From the human T2T-CHM13v2.0 reference genome, Homo sapiens, in the NCBI RefSeq assembly GCF_009914755.1, contig NC_060947.1: DNA of 64,000 bases. One strand, given 5' to 3'. The position numbers and the translations under genes are program-made. The number at the start of each line of letters is the position of its first letter. The first letter of the stretch is position 1. Under the pieces are notes generated by a model that was not told the origin of the DNA, did no database searches, and saw only the letters and a program-made list of their open reading frames with translations. Shown piece after piece: positions 27,176-45,060 of this stretch.

Positions 27176-28015
27176 AACCCATGGCAAAGAAGTTAAAAAC
27201 CTTGAAAAAAGATTAGACAAATGGCTAACTAGAATAACCAATGTAGAGAAGTCCTTAAAGGACCTGATGGAGCGGAAAACCATGGCACAAGGACTACGTG
27301 ACGAATGCACAAGCCTCAGTAGCTGATTCGATCAACTGGAAGAAAGGGTATCAGTGATAGAAGATCGAATGAATGAAATGAAGCGAGAAGAGAAGTTTAG
27401 AGAAAAAAGAATAAAAAGAAATGAACAAAGCCTCCAAGAAATATGGGACTATGTGAAAAGACCAAATCTACGTCTGATTGGTGTACCTGAAAGTGACGGG
27501 GAGAATGGAACCAAGTTGGAAAACACTCTGCAGGATATTATCCAGGAGAACTTCCCCAATCTAACAAGGCAGGCCAACATTCGGATTCAGGAAATACAGA
27601 GAACGCCACAAAGATACTCCTCGAGAAGAGCAACTCCAAGACACATAATTGTCAGATTCACCAAAGTTGAAATGAAGGAAAAAATGTTAAGGGCAGCCAG
27701 AGAGAAAGGTCAGGTTACCCACAAAGGGAAGCCCATCAGACTAACAGCTGATCTCTCGGCAGAAACTCTACAAGCCAGAAGAGAGTGGGGGCCAATATTC
27801 AACATTCTTAAAGAAAAGAATTTTCAACCCAGAATTTCATAACCAGCCAAGCTAACCTTCATAAGTGAAGGAGAAATAAAATCCTTTACAGACAAGCAAA
27901 TGCTGATTTTGTCACCACCAGCCCTGCCCTGCCCTACAAGAGCTCCTGAAGGAAGCACTAAACATGGAAAGGAACAACTGGTACCAGCCACTGCAAAAAC
28001 ATGCCAAATTGTAAA
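27176..28015 (+). pseudogene. L1 ORF1p remnant
   Basis: ORF1p peptides (RPNLRLIGVPE, REKG, ARREW); N-terminus missing, stops at 27324-26 and 27840-42, small indels near 27905-27930. Confidence 0.92.
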
Positions 28016-28077
28016 GACCATCAAGGCTAGGAAGGAACTGCATCAACTAACAAGCAAAATAACCAGCTAACATCATA

Positions 28078-31891
<3,814 letters not shown>

Positions 31892-32933
31892 ATAATGAGA
31901 ACACGTGGACACAGGAAGGAGAACATCACACACCGGGGCCTGTTGTGGGGTGGGGGAAGGGGGAGGAATAGCATTAGGAGATATACCTAATGTTAAATGA
32001 CGAGTTAACGGGTGCAGCACACCAACATGGCACACGTATACATATGTAACAAACCTGCACGTTGTGCACATGTACCCTAAAACTTAAAGTATAATAATAG
32101 TAATAAAAAAAGAAAGTACAGCTTTAGTCATCAACTATGTGAAAGCCTCTCTATGCTGGGCATCTGAGAACTGCTGGGCAGACATCGGTCTTTTCAGCTG
32201 GGTTGTTTCCAGCTGTCTCATTGAATACAAAGGCAAGTTATGAATATTGAAAGTGCCTTGAGATTAGGAACAATGTGTTAGACAGTGAGATTTTTAAGAA
32301 TAATTCATATTTAGCAACAAATGAGTTTGCATTGCAATCATTTCTTGACAAATATTTGTTACATGCTCATTACATGCAAGTATAATTTTGTAATGTGTGT
32401 ACATACCTATTCAACATTATGACTGTTTTGATGAGCTATCTACAAAATATTTTTGTTACTACATTTGTTTATAGATTAAAAGGGCCAAAAATGATCTGGA
32501 GGAACTTACAGTTTTGTTTTCTTTTTCCTATCTCCAAGTAGAAATGTTAAGAACTACACATTTGGATTCCCAGAATTCTAAAATAGTTTTAGGGTTCTTG
32601 CCCTAGGGAACCCCATGAAAAATTGGAGCACTCAACCGCCTGTGGCAAGATAGGGACAGGTGGCATGGGAAAGTGTCTCCAGGCTCTCAGCTTCCACTGT
32701 GCCCTTGCAACACCTGGCCCAGTGGAAACATGCTGGCAACACCATCATGCCCCTTGGGGACATGTATTTTAATTTTAAAACAAAGTGATGTATATGGCAT
32801 GTGCCTCAATTGGCACCTTCTGCTCCCAGGAAGAAGGAGGTCTCTGGAGTAGGCCAGGATGTTGGTTTCCATGTAGAGAGCATTCCAAGGACAGGAACTG
32901 ACAGGGAAGGACAGGCCCTAAGAAACCAGAGTA

Positions 32934-33230
32934 GGCCGGGCGTGGTGGCTCACTCCTGTAATCCCACCCCTTGGGAGGCCGAGGCAGGCAGATCGCATGA
33001 GGCCAGGAGTCCAAGACCAGCCTGGAAAACATAGCAAGACCGTCCTCTCTGTAAAAAATAAAAATAAATTAGCTAGGCGCATGGTGGTGCGTGCTATGCC
33101 TGTGGCCCCACTACTCAGGAGGTTGCATTGGGAGGATCACTTGTGTCCTGGAGGTCGAGGCTGCAGTGAGCCATGATCACACCACTGCTCTCCAGCCTTA
33201 GTGACAGAGCGAGACCCCATCTCAAGATAA
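32934..33230 (+). mobile_element. AluJ
   Basis: Dimer with J features; TSD aagaaacc(a/c)gagta at 32920-33 and 33231-44. Confidence 0.93.
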
Positions 33231-33984
33231 AAGAAACCCGAGTAAAGTATGTATAGTGGGGGTAGGGGAAAATCCTTTTTGTCTTTAATGTGTCAAGAGA
33301 GAAGCAGTTTTTTAAAAAAGTGCAGACACAAGATTTGAATTAGACAAACCTAAGTTGAAATGCTGGCTACATTGGCTTAATAGCTGGATGACTTTGAGCA
33401 AGTGGTCTAGAAGTTTTCTCATCTTTGAAATGGGGATAGGAATAATGACCTTGTCTGCTTGTTTAGATAATTAAATGTGATAATTTTTATAAAATTCTCT
33501 TTAAAAGGTGTAGACTGAAAAGTCATAAGACTTAGCTTATAAGGCTAATTTGGACACTCAACTAGCTTGGCCACATATTGAAAGTTTTGAGAATCAATTG
33601 CCTCATCTATTACAATGGAGTGGGGGAAGAGAGTCATAACATTACCACATGCCATAAATGAAATCTAAGTAAGACTGTTAATAACACAGGATTGGAAAAA
33701 GGGAAACAGTTGCAGAATTCTCCAAGGAACCAATAAAGCATATGAAACAGAGAGTAAACTTGAAAATAAAGCATAAACCAAATTTATGATTTTTCCCCTT
33801 TATGCCTCTTCAACATGGGACAGTGGCAGATTTAAAAGTATATTTATATGAAGGAATTACTCTCAAGGGATAAGAGCCATCCTTTTGTGTTTGGTAAAAA
33901 TTAAGGATGAGGTCCAGAAGAAAGGAATAGGAGAAGTAAAATATAACAGCCTGGACCTATTGTGATGTAAATGAGCAACAGTCT

Positions 33985-34180
33985 GTATATATATATACAC
34001 ACACACACACATATACATATATACACATATATATATACATATATACACATATATATACATATATACACATATATATACATATATACGTATATATATATAT
34101 ACACATATATGTATATATATGTATATATGTATATATATGTATATACATATATATACGTATATATTATATATATATATATA
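33985..34180. repeat. Complex (TA)/(TACA)/(TATG) microsatellite at an Alu tail
   Basis: About 195 nt of alternating purine-pyrimidine sequence abutting the antisense Alu. Confidence 0.97.
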
Positions 34181-34480
<300 letters not shown>

Positions 34481-36124
34481 TAAGTCTCAGGATGCAGCTA
34501 ACTTTACCCTCTGGGGTGGTGTCTCTACTAGGAAATGGGTCCCTCCTTTGCAGAGGCTAGGGGAGATTGATGAGATAATGTCTGCAGAGTAGCCTAATCT
34601 CCTTGGGAGATTAAGGCTCCCTCTGCAAGTGTACATTTTGATCATTATGACTATCTGTGCCTCTGTGAAATACTGCCAAAGAGAACAAGAAGAGCCTGCC
34701 AGAAAGAGAAATTTTCCGAGGGTGAGAGATGAAAAAGAAATGGAATGAAAGGTGAGATTTTAAAAAATAGGAAAAGAAGGAAAAGTAATTGCAAGAAGAA
34801 AATGAGAACAATTATATAAACAGAGATTGGATCCAAGGACACATGGCCAAAATCCCAGAATCAGAGGAAGGCTGGTGGTGGTTAAGAAGAAAAACACAAC
34901 AAAACCTTTGAGAGTTAAAATGCTGAATTCTCCAGGGGTGATCAGAGAAGTTCCAGAATAGAAGCTTCAGGCAGACACTACAGAAATGAAAAGAAATGAA
35001 AAAAAAAAAAAAAAAAAAAGCAAAATTTCCAATAGGTCTTTGCATTTTTGCCTCTTTTCTCTCCTAGGAGAGATTTTTCTATCCTAAAATATTGGATATC
35101 ACTGGGAGAAATGCATGTGGAATATAAATAGTAATTATGAATTTCTGAGCCTATTAAAAATGTTTATGTTTCTTGTACACAATGCCCTTCCTTTTCAATG
35201 CATTCACCTGTGCTCTAGACAAAGCCACTTTCAGAGTACTCCCTCTTTTCACTAAAATGAGGTTGGCCTGGACCAGGTTGTCTTGTGCATCATAGCTGAT
35301 GAATGGCATGCATTTCTGTGGATAAGGCAAATGGTCTTAGTTATTTCAAGAGTCCACATGGGAAACATTTATCACAGCAGTGGAGCTAACATAGACCGTT
35401 TGCCTGCAAATGTTGATGGATTGGACGATCGCGTTTCTATTTGCTCAGAGATAGGTAGAAATAATTTCATACTGTCTAAGATTATTTTTGAGTTAAAACA
35501 AAAAGTAGCCTAAGAACAAATATGAACTTTGGTATGGATATTTTCCCTAAATAAACTTAGCGGTTGATCAGTTTTGCACTTGTTTGTTGTGAATATAAAT
35601 TAGGATTGTCTTTTTTCTACCAGAAGCATCTTGAGATCCACAGAACAGGTGACTTGGGGTCTTGACACACTGTTAAGGAGGTAGAGAGTCAACTCAGGTA
35701 GTAATACCCAATACCTTTGGGCCAGCCCTTCTTGCTTCCTCCTTGTTGCCTGGAGGAAGAAAGGGAGGATGTGTTTCTGGAACAGTCATTCCTGGATACT
35801 GGTTCATTGGAAGCTTCCCAGTGATGTCGCATGTGAGGCATTTACCCAACTGCTTTAGGGAGCTTGCCAGCCCTGTTGTGGCCAGCTTTTCTATTGTCAG
35901 GATTCATAGCCACCACTCCCTCTACTTCCCCACTCTCCCACCTAGGCCCCCACGCCTGCCTTTAGCTTTTCCCCTCCTAGTAAAGAGTTTCCACATTTGT
36001 ACCTATTTTACGAAGTGTCCAACTAAGTCAAATACTTATTCTCCCACATCAGACCCACCCTGTAAAACATGTAAGCAAATACTTTTAGCTTACCATTTGT
36101 TGACTAGATGATGACTTTTAAGTA

Positions 36125-36882
36125 CAATTGACCCTTGAACAACTCAGGGGTTAGGGGTGCTGACTTTCATGACTCACCAAAACTCAACTATGAACGGCCT
36201 ACTGTTGACCAGAAGCCTTACTGATAACTGTAAACAGTGGGTTAACACATATTTTGTCTGTTTCATGTATTATATACCAGATTATTCTTAGAATAAGGTA
36301 AGCTAGAGAAAAGAAAGTGTTATTGGGGCCCGGCGCGGTGGCTAATGCCTGTAATCCCAGCACTTTGGGAGGCTGAGGCGGGTGGATCACTAGGTCAGGA
36401 GCTCGAGACCATCCTGGCTAACATGGTGAAACCCCGTCTCTACTAAAAATACAAAAAAATTAACCGGGTGTGGTGGCGTACACCTGTAGTCCCAGCTGCT
36501 GGGGAGACTGAGACAGCAGAATTGGCGTGAACCCGGGAGGCGGAGCTGGCAGTGAGCCGAGATTGCGCCACTGCACTCCAGCCTGGGTGACAGAGCAAGA
36601 CTACATCTCAAAAAAAAAAAAAAAAAAAAAATAAAAAAAAAAAAAAAAAAAAAGAAAGTGTTATTGGATAATCGTAAGGAAGAGAAAATTTATTTGCTAT
36701 TCATTAAGTAGAAGTGAATCATCATAAAATTCTTCATCCTTATCGTCTTCACGTTGAATAGGTTAAGCAGGAAGAGGAAGAAGAGGGGTTGGTCTTGCTG
36801 TCTCAGGGGTGGCAGAGGCAGAACAAAATCTGTGTATAAGTGGACATGTGCAGTTTAACCCTATGTTGCTAAGAGCCAGCTG
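36125..36882. mobile_element. Tigger2a/MER28-type TcMar-Tigger element interrupted by an Alu
   Basis: TA|caattgacccttgaacaac ... gttgctaagagccagctg|TA: degenerate TIRs with TA target duplication. Confidence 0.85.
36327..36649 (+). mobile_element. AluY-like element
   Basis: accatcctggctaaca, ggcgtgaacccgggaggcggagc, A tail of about 40 nt; TSD aaaagaaagtgttattgg at 36309-26 and 36650-67. Confidence 0.92.
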
Positions 36883-37287
36883 TATTCACAGAGCCCTGAG
36901 GAAACTAACAAGGAAAATATAAAACATTTGTTTCACCCTGAAAGAACTGTAAACCTGATGCGGAAGAAGAGACTCATTTAAATGTCCAAGTTAGATATTT
37001 ACAGTCAATGAAACTAGAAGGGCTGGTAGAGACAGCCCAGTTTAACCTCCACATTAACTGTGGCTTAGGGAGATGAGCTGACTTCCTGATTCTTAATGTA
37101 GTTCTTGTGTTCATTTAACAAATATATGTGAGTGCCTACTGTGCCTCAGATATGGATGTGATCCCTAGTTAAGTCAGCTAACAGAGCCTAGAACTGATAG
37201 ACAAGTCACCAGGCAAATTAGCAAAAGGAATGGGGGTTGTAAAGAAATCTGTGGGAAGAGCACCTGACTTTGCCCCAAGGGTATAGA

Positions 37288-37605
37288 AGAGCACAGTCCA
37301 ATAAAATTATAACATGAACCATGTATGTTATTTTAAATTTTCTGGTAGCCATATTTTAAAAACAAAAACAAACTGCTAAATTTTTCTTTTAATATGTTTT
37401 GCTTAACCCAACGTGTCTAAAATATTATTTCAATATGTAATCAATTTATCAAAAATATTGAGACTTTTTATATTTTTTTCTTCCTACTAAGCCTTGGAAA
37501 TCTGCTGTGTATTTCAGATTTACAGCACATCTCAATTCATACTTGCCACATTTCCAGTGTTCAGTAACTACCTGTGATGAGTGGCTACCATATTGAGCAG
37601 AGCAA
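37288..37605. mobile_element. MER33/MER3-type hAT-Charlie element
   Basis: gcacagtccaata...ttttaaattttctggtagccat...gtggctaccatattgagcagagca. Confidence 0.8.
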
Positions 37606-37779
37606 ATTGACGGAAAGTTTCTTGGAGGATGAACAATTAAACCAGAATAATAAGTTGTTAGTTGGCAGAATGAATGGAGAAGAAAGAGTTGGAGAAATCT
37701 AGGCCTGAGAGACCAGCAAGCTGAAACACTCTAAGGTTAAAGAAGGCAGTATCTTGCAGAAAATGCATGGAATTCATTG

Positions 37780-38000
37780 TGGCCTCTCTTGAAGAACAGG
37801 GTGGCCATTTATAAAGATGAGGAAGTTAGGCAGAGGAGTAGGTTTGGGGGAATGAACATGAGTTCAGTTTTGGATGTGTTGAATTTAAGATGTCTACAGA
37901 CAACGAAGTGGAGGTGTAAGGTGGTAAAAACTACAGGAATTCAGAGATCCCACTGTGAATTGGGCTATAGCACAGAAGCTTCATAAGGGAGGTCAGCATT
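37780..38000 (-). mobile_element. L2 fragment
   Basis: ggagtaggtttgggg...atgagttcagttttggatgtgttgaatttaagatgtct. Confidence 0.7.
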
Positions 38001-39623
38001 TTAAAGGATGGGTAGCCAATGTCATTTACTCTAGAGGGGCTGTAGGTTATATTGGGTTGGAGTTCTCAGTTTTTGCCATTCAACATGGAGAAAGGGAGAC
38101 AACAAAGTTAAGTATTAAAATCATCAAAACTTTATGGATCCCAATTTAGCCTGTATGTATCATTCATACCTCATCATCTTCTATAAACAAAGTAGGAGTT
38201 CTTGTTATAGTTTCTTGTTATGCTAGAATGGCATTTGGATATAGAATGGAGACCTTTTATTAGTATATTATATTCTAATCCTTCATGAAACCATGGTTCT
38301 TTTTGTGTGCATTAGGGGAATTTTATAAATTTTAGGCTGTTATTAGGAAAGATCATTCACAAAATGCAGAAGTTTTACTGTATTATTTTGTGAACCCATG
38401 CTGAAGTCAAGTAAATTAATTTTAAGCATCACACTTATTAGTCATTTTTATCCAAATTGTTTCTAAGTTTTTAAAACACCCTCTAAATTTATGTACAAAC
38501 TTCTTATATAGAATCTAGGTATGGAAAAAATTAAAAATTTTAGATTTTTTTTTACTGGGGAAAATCAAGTGAAAGACAATGCTATATCCCTAAGTATTAA
38601 CTTTAAGTAAATTTAACATTTCTTCTATGAAATTAACAACTAGTAGGACGTGTACGGGCTTACGGGACTCACAACTGCAAAAGAATGGAATTTGCAGGGC
38701 TGGTATAATGACAGTAAGTGAATGAAATGCTGAGCATTAGAATATACAATGGATGAATATGATCGTCCATTGTAAAGGAAAGGATTTGACTTAGTCTCCC
38801 TTCTAGAGGCAATGACAGAAGATATATCTTTTTATTCCATTCCTTAAAAGATACACATATAAAGGAGGAAATTTTTAAAGAAAGAAAAAAATTAATTGCT
38901 TACAAAATGCAATTACTGCCTCTTTTTCCTGCTGGGTCTTTAGAGCCCAGCTAAGACTGTAAAATACCAGATGAATGGGATTGCTGGAGCAGAAGGAGAA
39001 ATACACAGCCCATAAACCAGCATGCCAGTGGCTGTGCCATTGGGTTGTATGCATTGGAAAGCACAGAGACTGTGCTCTTTATCTCTGCTGCAGTAAAGAT
39101 TCACCAAGGATTGGTTGTGCTAATATCAAGTTATTTTATGGCTGCAGTTCATTATGGAGCCTCTTGCAAAATCCCTGTCAAACAAAATGGCTGTCAGAGA
39201 CACTTTTGTTTTGCTGCCAAAAGCACCATTTGGTTTCTGCTCATTTAGTTACAGGTACAATCAGATGTTTGCTTCTTGCTCTCGGTAATTTCACTGTCCT
39301 CAATATAATGGCTTCAGTTATGCCCTAGAAAAACCTCTAGAGTTCAGTTTCATTCCACCCTGTTTATTGAGCTCCAAGTTTAGACAAATCCCTAAACTGG
39401 TGGCACATGACTTAACTCAAATGAGTAAGGAGGCTCAGAACCTCGTAAGATAACTAGTATAACTTATAACACAGTAAATGAAGCCACATGGAGTTGTGCA
39501 AATGGTGGCCCTGGAGATAAATCAGTCATTTAATTTCTCTACCTACCTATGTATGTATCTATTGTTGACTGTAATATAAGATGCAATTGAAGTGCTGTGA
39601 GGCAGGTACTTACTACTCGATAG

Positions 39624-39800
39624 CAGGGGTTGGCAAACTTCTTCTGTAAAGGTCCAGATGGTAAATATTTTAGGCTTTGCAAGCCATACAGTCTCTGTCA
39701 CACTGCTCAATTCTGCTGTTTTTGTGTGAAAGCAGCCATAGATGATACTTAAACAAGTGGACACTGGGCCAAGGCCACCGGATGTAGTTTGCTGGGCACT
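39624..39800. mobile_element. MER58A
   Basis: caggggttggcaaactttcttctgtaaaggtccagatggtaaatattttaggctttgc. Confidence 0.88.
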
Positions 39801-40322
39801 GATGTGGAGAGTGGAGGGAGGAGATGCCATTATTGGATGTGAGAGTCAAGCCTTTGTGAAGGAAGTAGTACAAGAAATGATTCTAACAGGATGTGTAATA
39901 TTTCTGTAGGAATATCTATTTGCAATCTAGTTTATTCTTGGTTGTTCTCAAATTATTGTGTGTATAATAGTTTTCTGTCATCAACTTTTGTACATGTTCT
40001 TCAAATAGTGGGGCCAAGTGATCATTTTGCATTCCTACTGAGTTTAGATGAGTTCCAAGATATGATATAGGCTCAATGAATCTTTTTGGAGAAGAATAAG
40101 GTAGGGGCTTCAAGGGAAGTTTCCCAGAGGTTTCAATCTGATTTGCTAAAGAACCAAAGCCGTAACCAAAGATTAAGGACAAGCTATATCTTTTGTATTG
40201 TATGCGGAGTTGTGGATGCTGTAGACCTTCTTAAATAAATGCTTAACCCAGGAGTCTGCACAGAGAAGGGAATCCTAGACTACAAGGGAGGCTCTCCGTT
40301 AATGTTAGAAGGAAATAAATTA

Positions 40323-40730
<408 letters not shown>

Positions 40731-40919
40731 TCAGTATCAGGTAATGAATGGGTACCAACTTCCATCTTGGCAAATCCCTGCCAGGCCAGGGAGCCCCAGG
40801 TTGAAATCTCCAACAGGGATAGTTAACATCCTGTTTCAGGAATGTATAAGGGGCTGGCAGAGATTTGCCAGGATGGAAGTCAGCATCCACTCCTTACCTG
40901 ACACTGACCTTGGGAGACT

Positions 40920-41082
40920 ATGCTCAGACTGTGCTCCCTGAGCCAGCAGCTTCAACACCACCTGGGAGCCCATTAAAAATGCTGAATCCTGAGCCCCACT
41001 CTAGGCCTACGGAAACAGAACCTGCATTTTAACAAGATGCTCAGGTGATTCTTATGCACACTAAAGTTGGAGAGGCCCTGCT
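40920..41082. mobile_element. MER5A
   Basis: ccacctgggagc...ctgcattttaacaagatgctcaggtgattcttatgcacactaaagttggaga. Confidence 0.85.
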
Positions 41083-43565
41083 ATAAGGGGCACTTTTCAT
41101 TATGAAAGGCTTTTCTGCACTTTTCTAATAAAGGTAACAGCTAGCTGCTAAAATCTCCTTCCTGGAAACATTCACAGTTGCAGATACATTATCATTGTCA
41201 GCTGGAGAAGATTTTGAGAACTTGTCTAAACTTAGCAAGTCATACATGGTTACAATATAGCTGTTTCCCACAATTTGTAACTCTGTGCTCTTTGTAAATA
41301 AATGTCTTCCGTACTGTGGAAATCATTATTCCATGATATAGAAATATTGAGAGCTTATTGTCTTCTTAGTGTTTTCAACTCATTTCCTCTTCATAACACA
41401 TCTCAGGAAAATATATGATGGTTTTTGTCCTGATTCATAAAATGATTATGTTTGGACATGAAAAGGTAGCAGGGCTCACTTGAGCCTATTATGTGGGTTA
41501 GGGCAAGGAATTTCTGGATCTTTCTCTGTGTTCAGTGATAACATGCCTATCATTGGAGCAGATGGATTGAAAAAATATCAATGAACTCCAAACGGAAGCT
41601 GGGAATGATGGATGAAAACTAAGAAACCCTAATATGGTTACTAACAGCATCACTTACCTTGCTATAGATTTTTTATTATAAATGTCATAATAAATATAAT
41701 TGTTATTGAAATTGTTATGGAAATGTGAGACCAGAATGGGAAACTATGAAAGTTATAAAAGAATGTGGGCCTTCTCTTTCACCTCCAGAGTTTGAGGTAA
41801 GCACCAGCTCTTAGAGATTTTCTAAAGACATAAACCATAAATCTGTTTTCCCTATATGCAGCAAGGAGGCATGATGGTCATATTTTCAGCTCATACTCAA
41901 CACTACCTCTTCCTCTCTCTCTACTTTGTATTAGGTTGTTCATTCCTTTCAGGGCGGGGACTTGTCATCTGTGTCTGTCACAGTTCTACTCATAAAATTG
42001 TGCTCAATAAAAGGGTTTCTGTATGAACAAAACAAAAATAAATAAGTGCAGAGTGATATTGGATGGGAAGTATCTGCAAATTGGTTTCCATCACTACTGG
42101 AAAGTCCCCACATTATCCTTATTTATATCTTTTCTAACTGCAATGTTTGCAGTTGTTTAAAGACAAAAAAAGAAAAGGAAGAAGAGAAGAGAGAAGAGCC
42201 GAGAAGGAGAAAGAGAAAGAGTAGTAGGGAGGCCCTGAGTGATAAATATCTATTTTCAAGTGTATATGTTTGTATGCCCTATGAGGCTTGGTGCACTTTC
42301 TATTCTTACACATTTTTGATGACCTTGGAGATGTATAGATACTGAGAAATCTAGTGAAATTATATATTTTCCTTTAACATCTAAGCTGGGAGTATTAAAA
42401 AGAATCATTTCAATTTCTACACTTCAAATACACATTTGTTCCTTCTATATTAATAGCTTCAGAAAATTATGGGATACCATGGAACTGCATGATGAATTCA
42501 GGGTTGGGATGGGGAGAGACAATGGTCATGGTAAATAAATGCAGGAACAAAGCTGTGAATCTCTTCATTAAACAATTTTAAAAGAAAAGCCACCAGAAAT
42601 CTTCCTAGAATTAGATAAAAATAAAGTACACTAGGTTTATGTGTTTTGTTTACATTATATATAACCCATTAAAAATATTGCAAATGCATTCTAACTCTGG
42701 GGAAGGAAGCCAGACAACATATTTTAGCACCAGTGCATTTAGGTGTACCTAAGTGGGCTGTAACTTTCCATCTTACCTTCTTAATTATGTCAGCAGGTTT
42801 ACTATAAACACCTGCTCTTTAGGGATTATAATTCAGCAGTAAAGAAAGGGTCTCCAGCAGACACTGAGATAGCAAGCCAAACTCAAACATGTTTTTGATA
42901 GAAAATAGGCACTTTAGCTTGGAGAACTACCAGCCTTTGGTAGTTTAAAAAAATGTGAGTAAGGCTAAAACAATGGTGGACATTATTAGATATCATACCA
43001 CTTGATAGTAAAGCTATCTTACAACATCACATTTGAAAACCTTTAAATATCAGCTTGTGATACTGTTTCCACAAGCCCCAAAGAATCTTGATTTGAATTT
43101 TGGAAAGCAGCCACTAGAGTGAGTTTTTCCATTATTGTTTTGGACTGCCAGCATATTGCATATTTGAAATACCATTCCTCCAAATAGTGGCCCTATTTAC
43201 AAGACAAGATCAATTGTTCAGAGATTTAAAACTCCCCATAAATATGCAGGTATGTGATGGGTTGAACTATAATGTTCTATCTTTGGGTCAAATGCTATGG
43301 AAAATAGAATTTTTTTTTCATTTTCCCTGAGTGGTGAACTGTTACTTCAGTGAAAAAAAAGTTTTGCACAATTTGTGTATCAGAGTCTCTTCCAGTCCTG
43401 TTGAAGATTATGGCCTTTGAGAAAGAAACCTGGTTAGTCAACCGAGGTGAACATTTTGGAGCTTGAAGGGACTTCTGAAATCATGTAGTCTAGCCCCTTC
43501 ATTCTAAAAATAAGAAAATAGAAGGGCAGAAAAATAAATGACTTTCTCAAGGTGACACTATAAAT

Positions 43566-43780
43566 CAGAGGTCAGCAAACTATGGCTCGAAGGCCACATG
43601 TGGATTTGTTTTTGTAAATGAAGTTTTGTTGGAACACAGCCATGTCCGTTAGTTTCCACATTGTCTATGGCTACTTTTGATACAATGGTGGAGTTGAATA
43701 GTTGGTACAAAGAGCTTATGACTCATGAATCTGAAAATATTTAGTATATCTGGCTCTTTACATAAATTTGCTGATCCCTA
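43566..43780. mobile_element. MER58A inserted in a MIR
   Basis: cagaggtcagcaaactatggc...tttgctgatcccta; MIR-like sequence upstream. Confidence 0.85.
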
Positions 43781-44864
43781 CTATCAATGGTAGACTTAGA
43801 ACTTAGCCTCCTCAGAATAGTTTTTAGGAAATATTTTGGTTTCCTTACTCAGAAAGAATTTAAGAACTTAATGGAATGGGAGATAATTATTAAATAGATA
43901 TACTTTTAGGATTCTAAGTTTTTAGGCAAAGTCAAGAAGATTAAGTAAACTACAGTCTAGATAAATATAGGTTAACCCATAAAATTCAAAAATAATTAAA
44001 ATACATGCCCATGTCCCCAACAAACAGTGAGAATATAATCTTCACAATGAATAGCTAAATCGGAAAATGTTTGAATATTTCGTATACATGTTCAAGGGAA
44101 GCCAGTTGGATTTGGCTAAGCTTGGTGAGTAGCAGTATTAGGTTATGAGTCATCCATAAATAAGTGAAATGTGAAGATGAATTTTATCTCTTAAAATGAT
44201 GAGTGTTTGCAAAAGTGTTTTAACAACACATTTGAAAATTAGATTAGGCCATTTGGCAGATTCAACAATGCTGTGTTTCATTAACTCTGTAATCACTGTC
44301 AAGTTCTATGACATGATGCATTTGGTGGGTCCTGAGAGCAATACACAGGTTCCATATTACCGCTAAAGGCAACAGACTGGGTCCTAAATGAAGCAAGAAA
44401 AAGCATTTAATGATTGGTATGGGTTAAACTGTTGTCTGTGTGGGATAGTTTGAGGAATGTAAGGAAGATTTCCCTCTCTCCTGAATTTCCCAGCATGAAC
44501 TCCTAACTGAGAAGTTTCAATTAAAGCTCAGGATTCAGGGGACAACCCAGAGCCAGGACAACGTCCAGGTTGGGTGAGCCATGATGCCTGCCTTCTTCAA
44601 CAATGTTATAAGTCCCATAAGTGTCCAGGAAAGCAAGCACCCTATCTGCTTGTCACAGCTCTAGTCCTACAAAAGGACTGATACAAGAGTCCTCAATGAA
44701 ACGTTTTGAATGAGTGAATGAGCAAATGTAATGTCATGAGGGCACTGGATGCTTGAAAAAGAGAAATAGAGCTCTCAGACTACATTCTATCCCACACAGC
44801 GGGAACTGTATAGTATAGGGTTGCTATATGCAGTACGAGACTGACCATGGAACCTTGCAAAATT

Positions 44865-45060
44865 TACCTCTCACAGTTCTGGGGCCAAACTCCCCCTTTT
44901 ATAATAAACCATTCCCACGATAACAGCATTAATTCATTCATGAGGGTGGAGCCCTCATGACTTAAACACCTCTTAAAGGTCCCATCACCTCCCAATACCA
45001 CTGCATTGGGGATCAAATTTCCAACATGTGAACTTTGGGGGACACGCTCAAACCATTGTA
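44865..45060 (-). mobile_element. MaLR LTR fragment (MST/MLT1A-type)
   Basis: tcattcatgagggtggagccctcatgac...tttccaacatgtgaactttgggggacacgctcaaaccat. Confidence 0.8.

Noticed and set aside
31935-31967. G4-forming tract
   Set aside because: Standard L1 3'UTR feature.
44938-44960. Inverted repeat tcatgaggg-tggag-ccctcatga
   Set aside because: Built into the MaLR LTR consensus.
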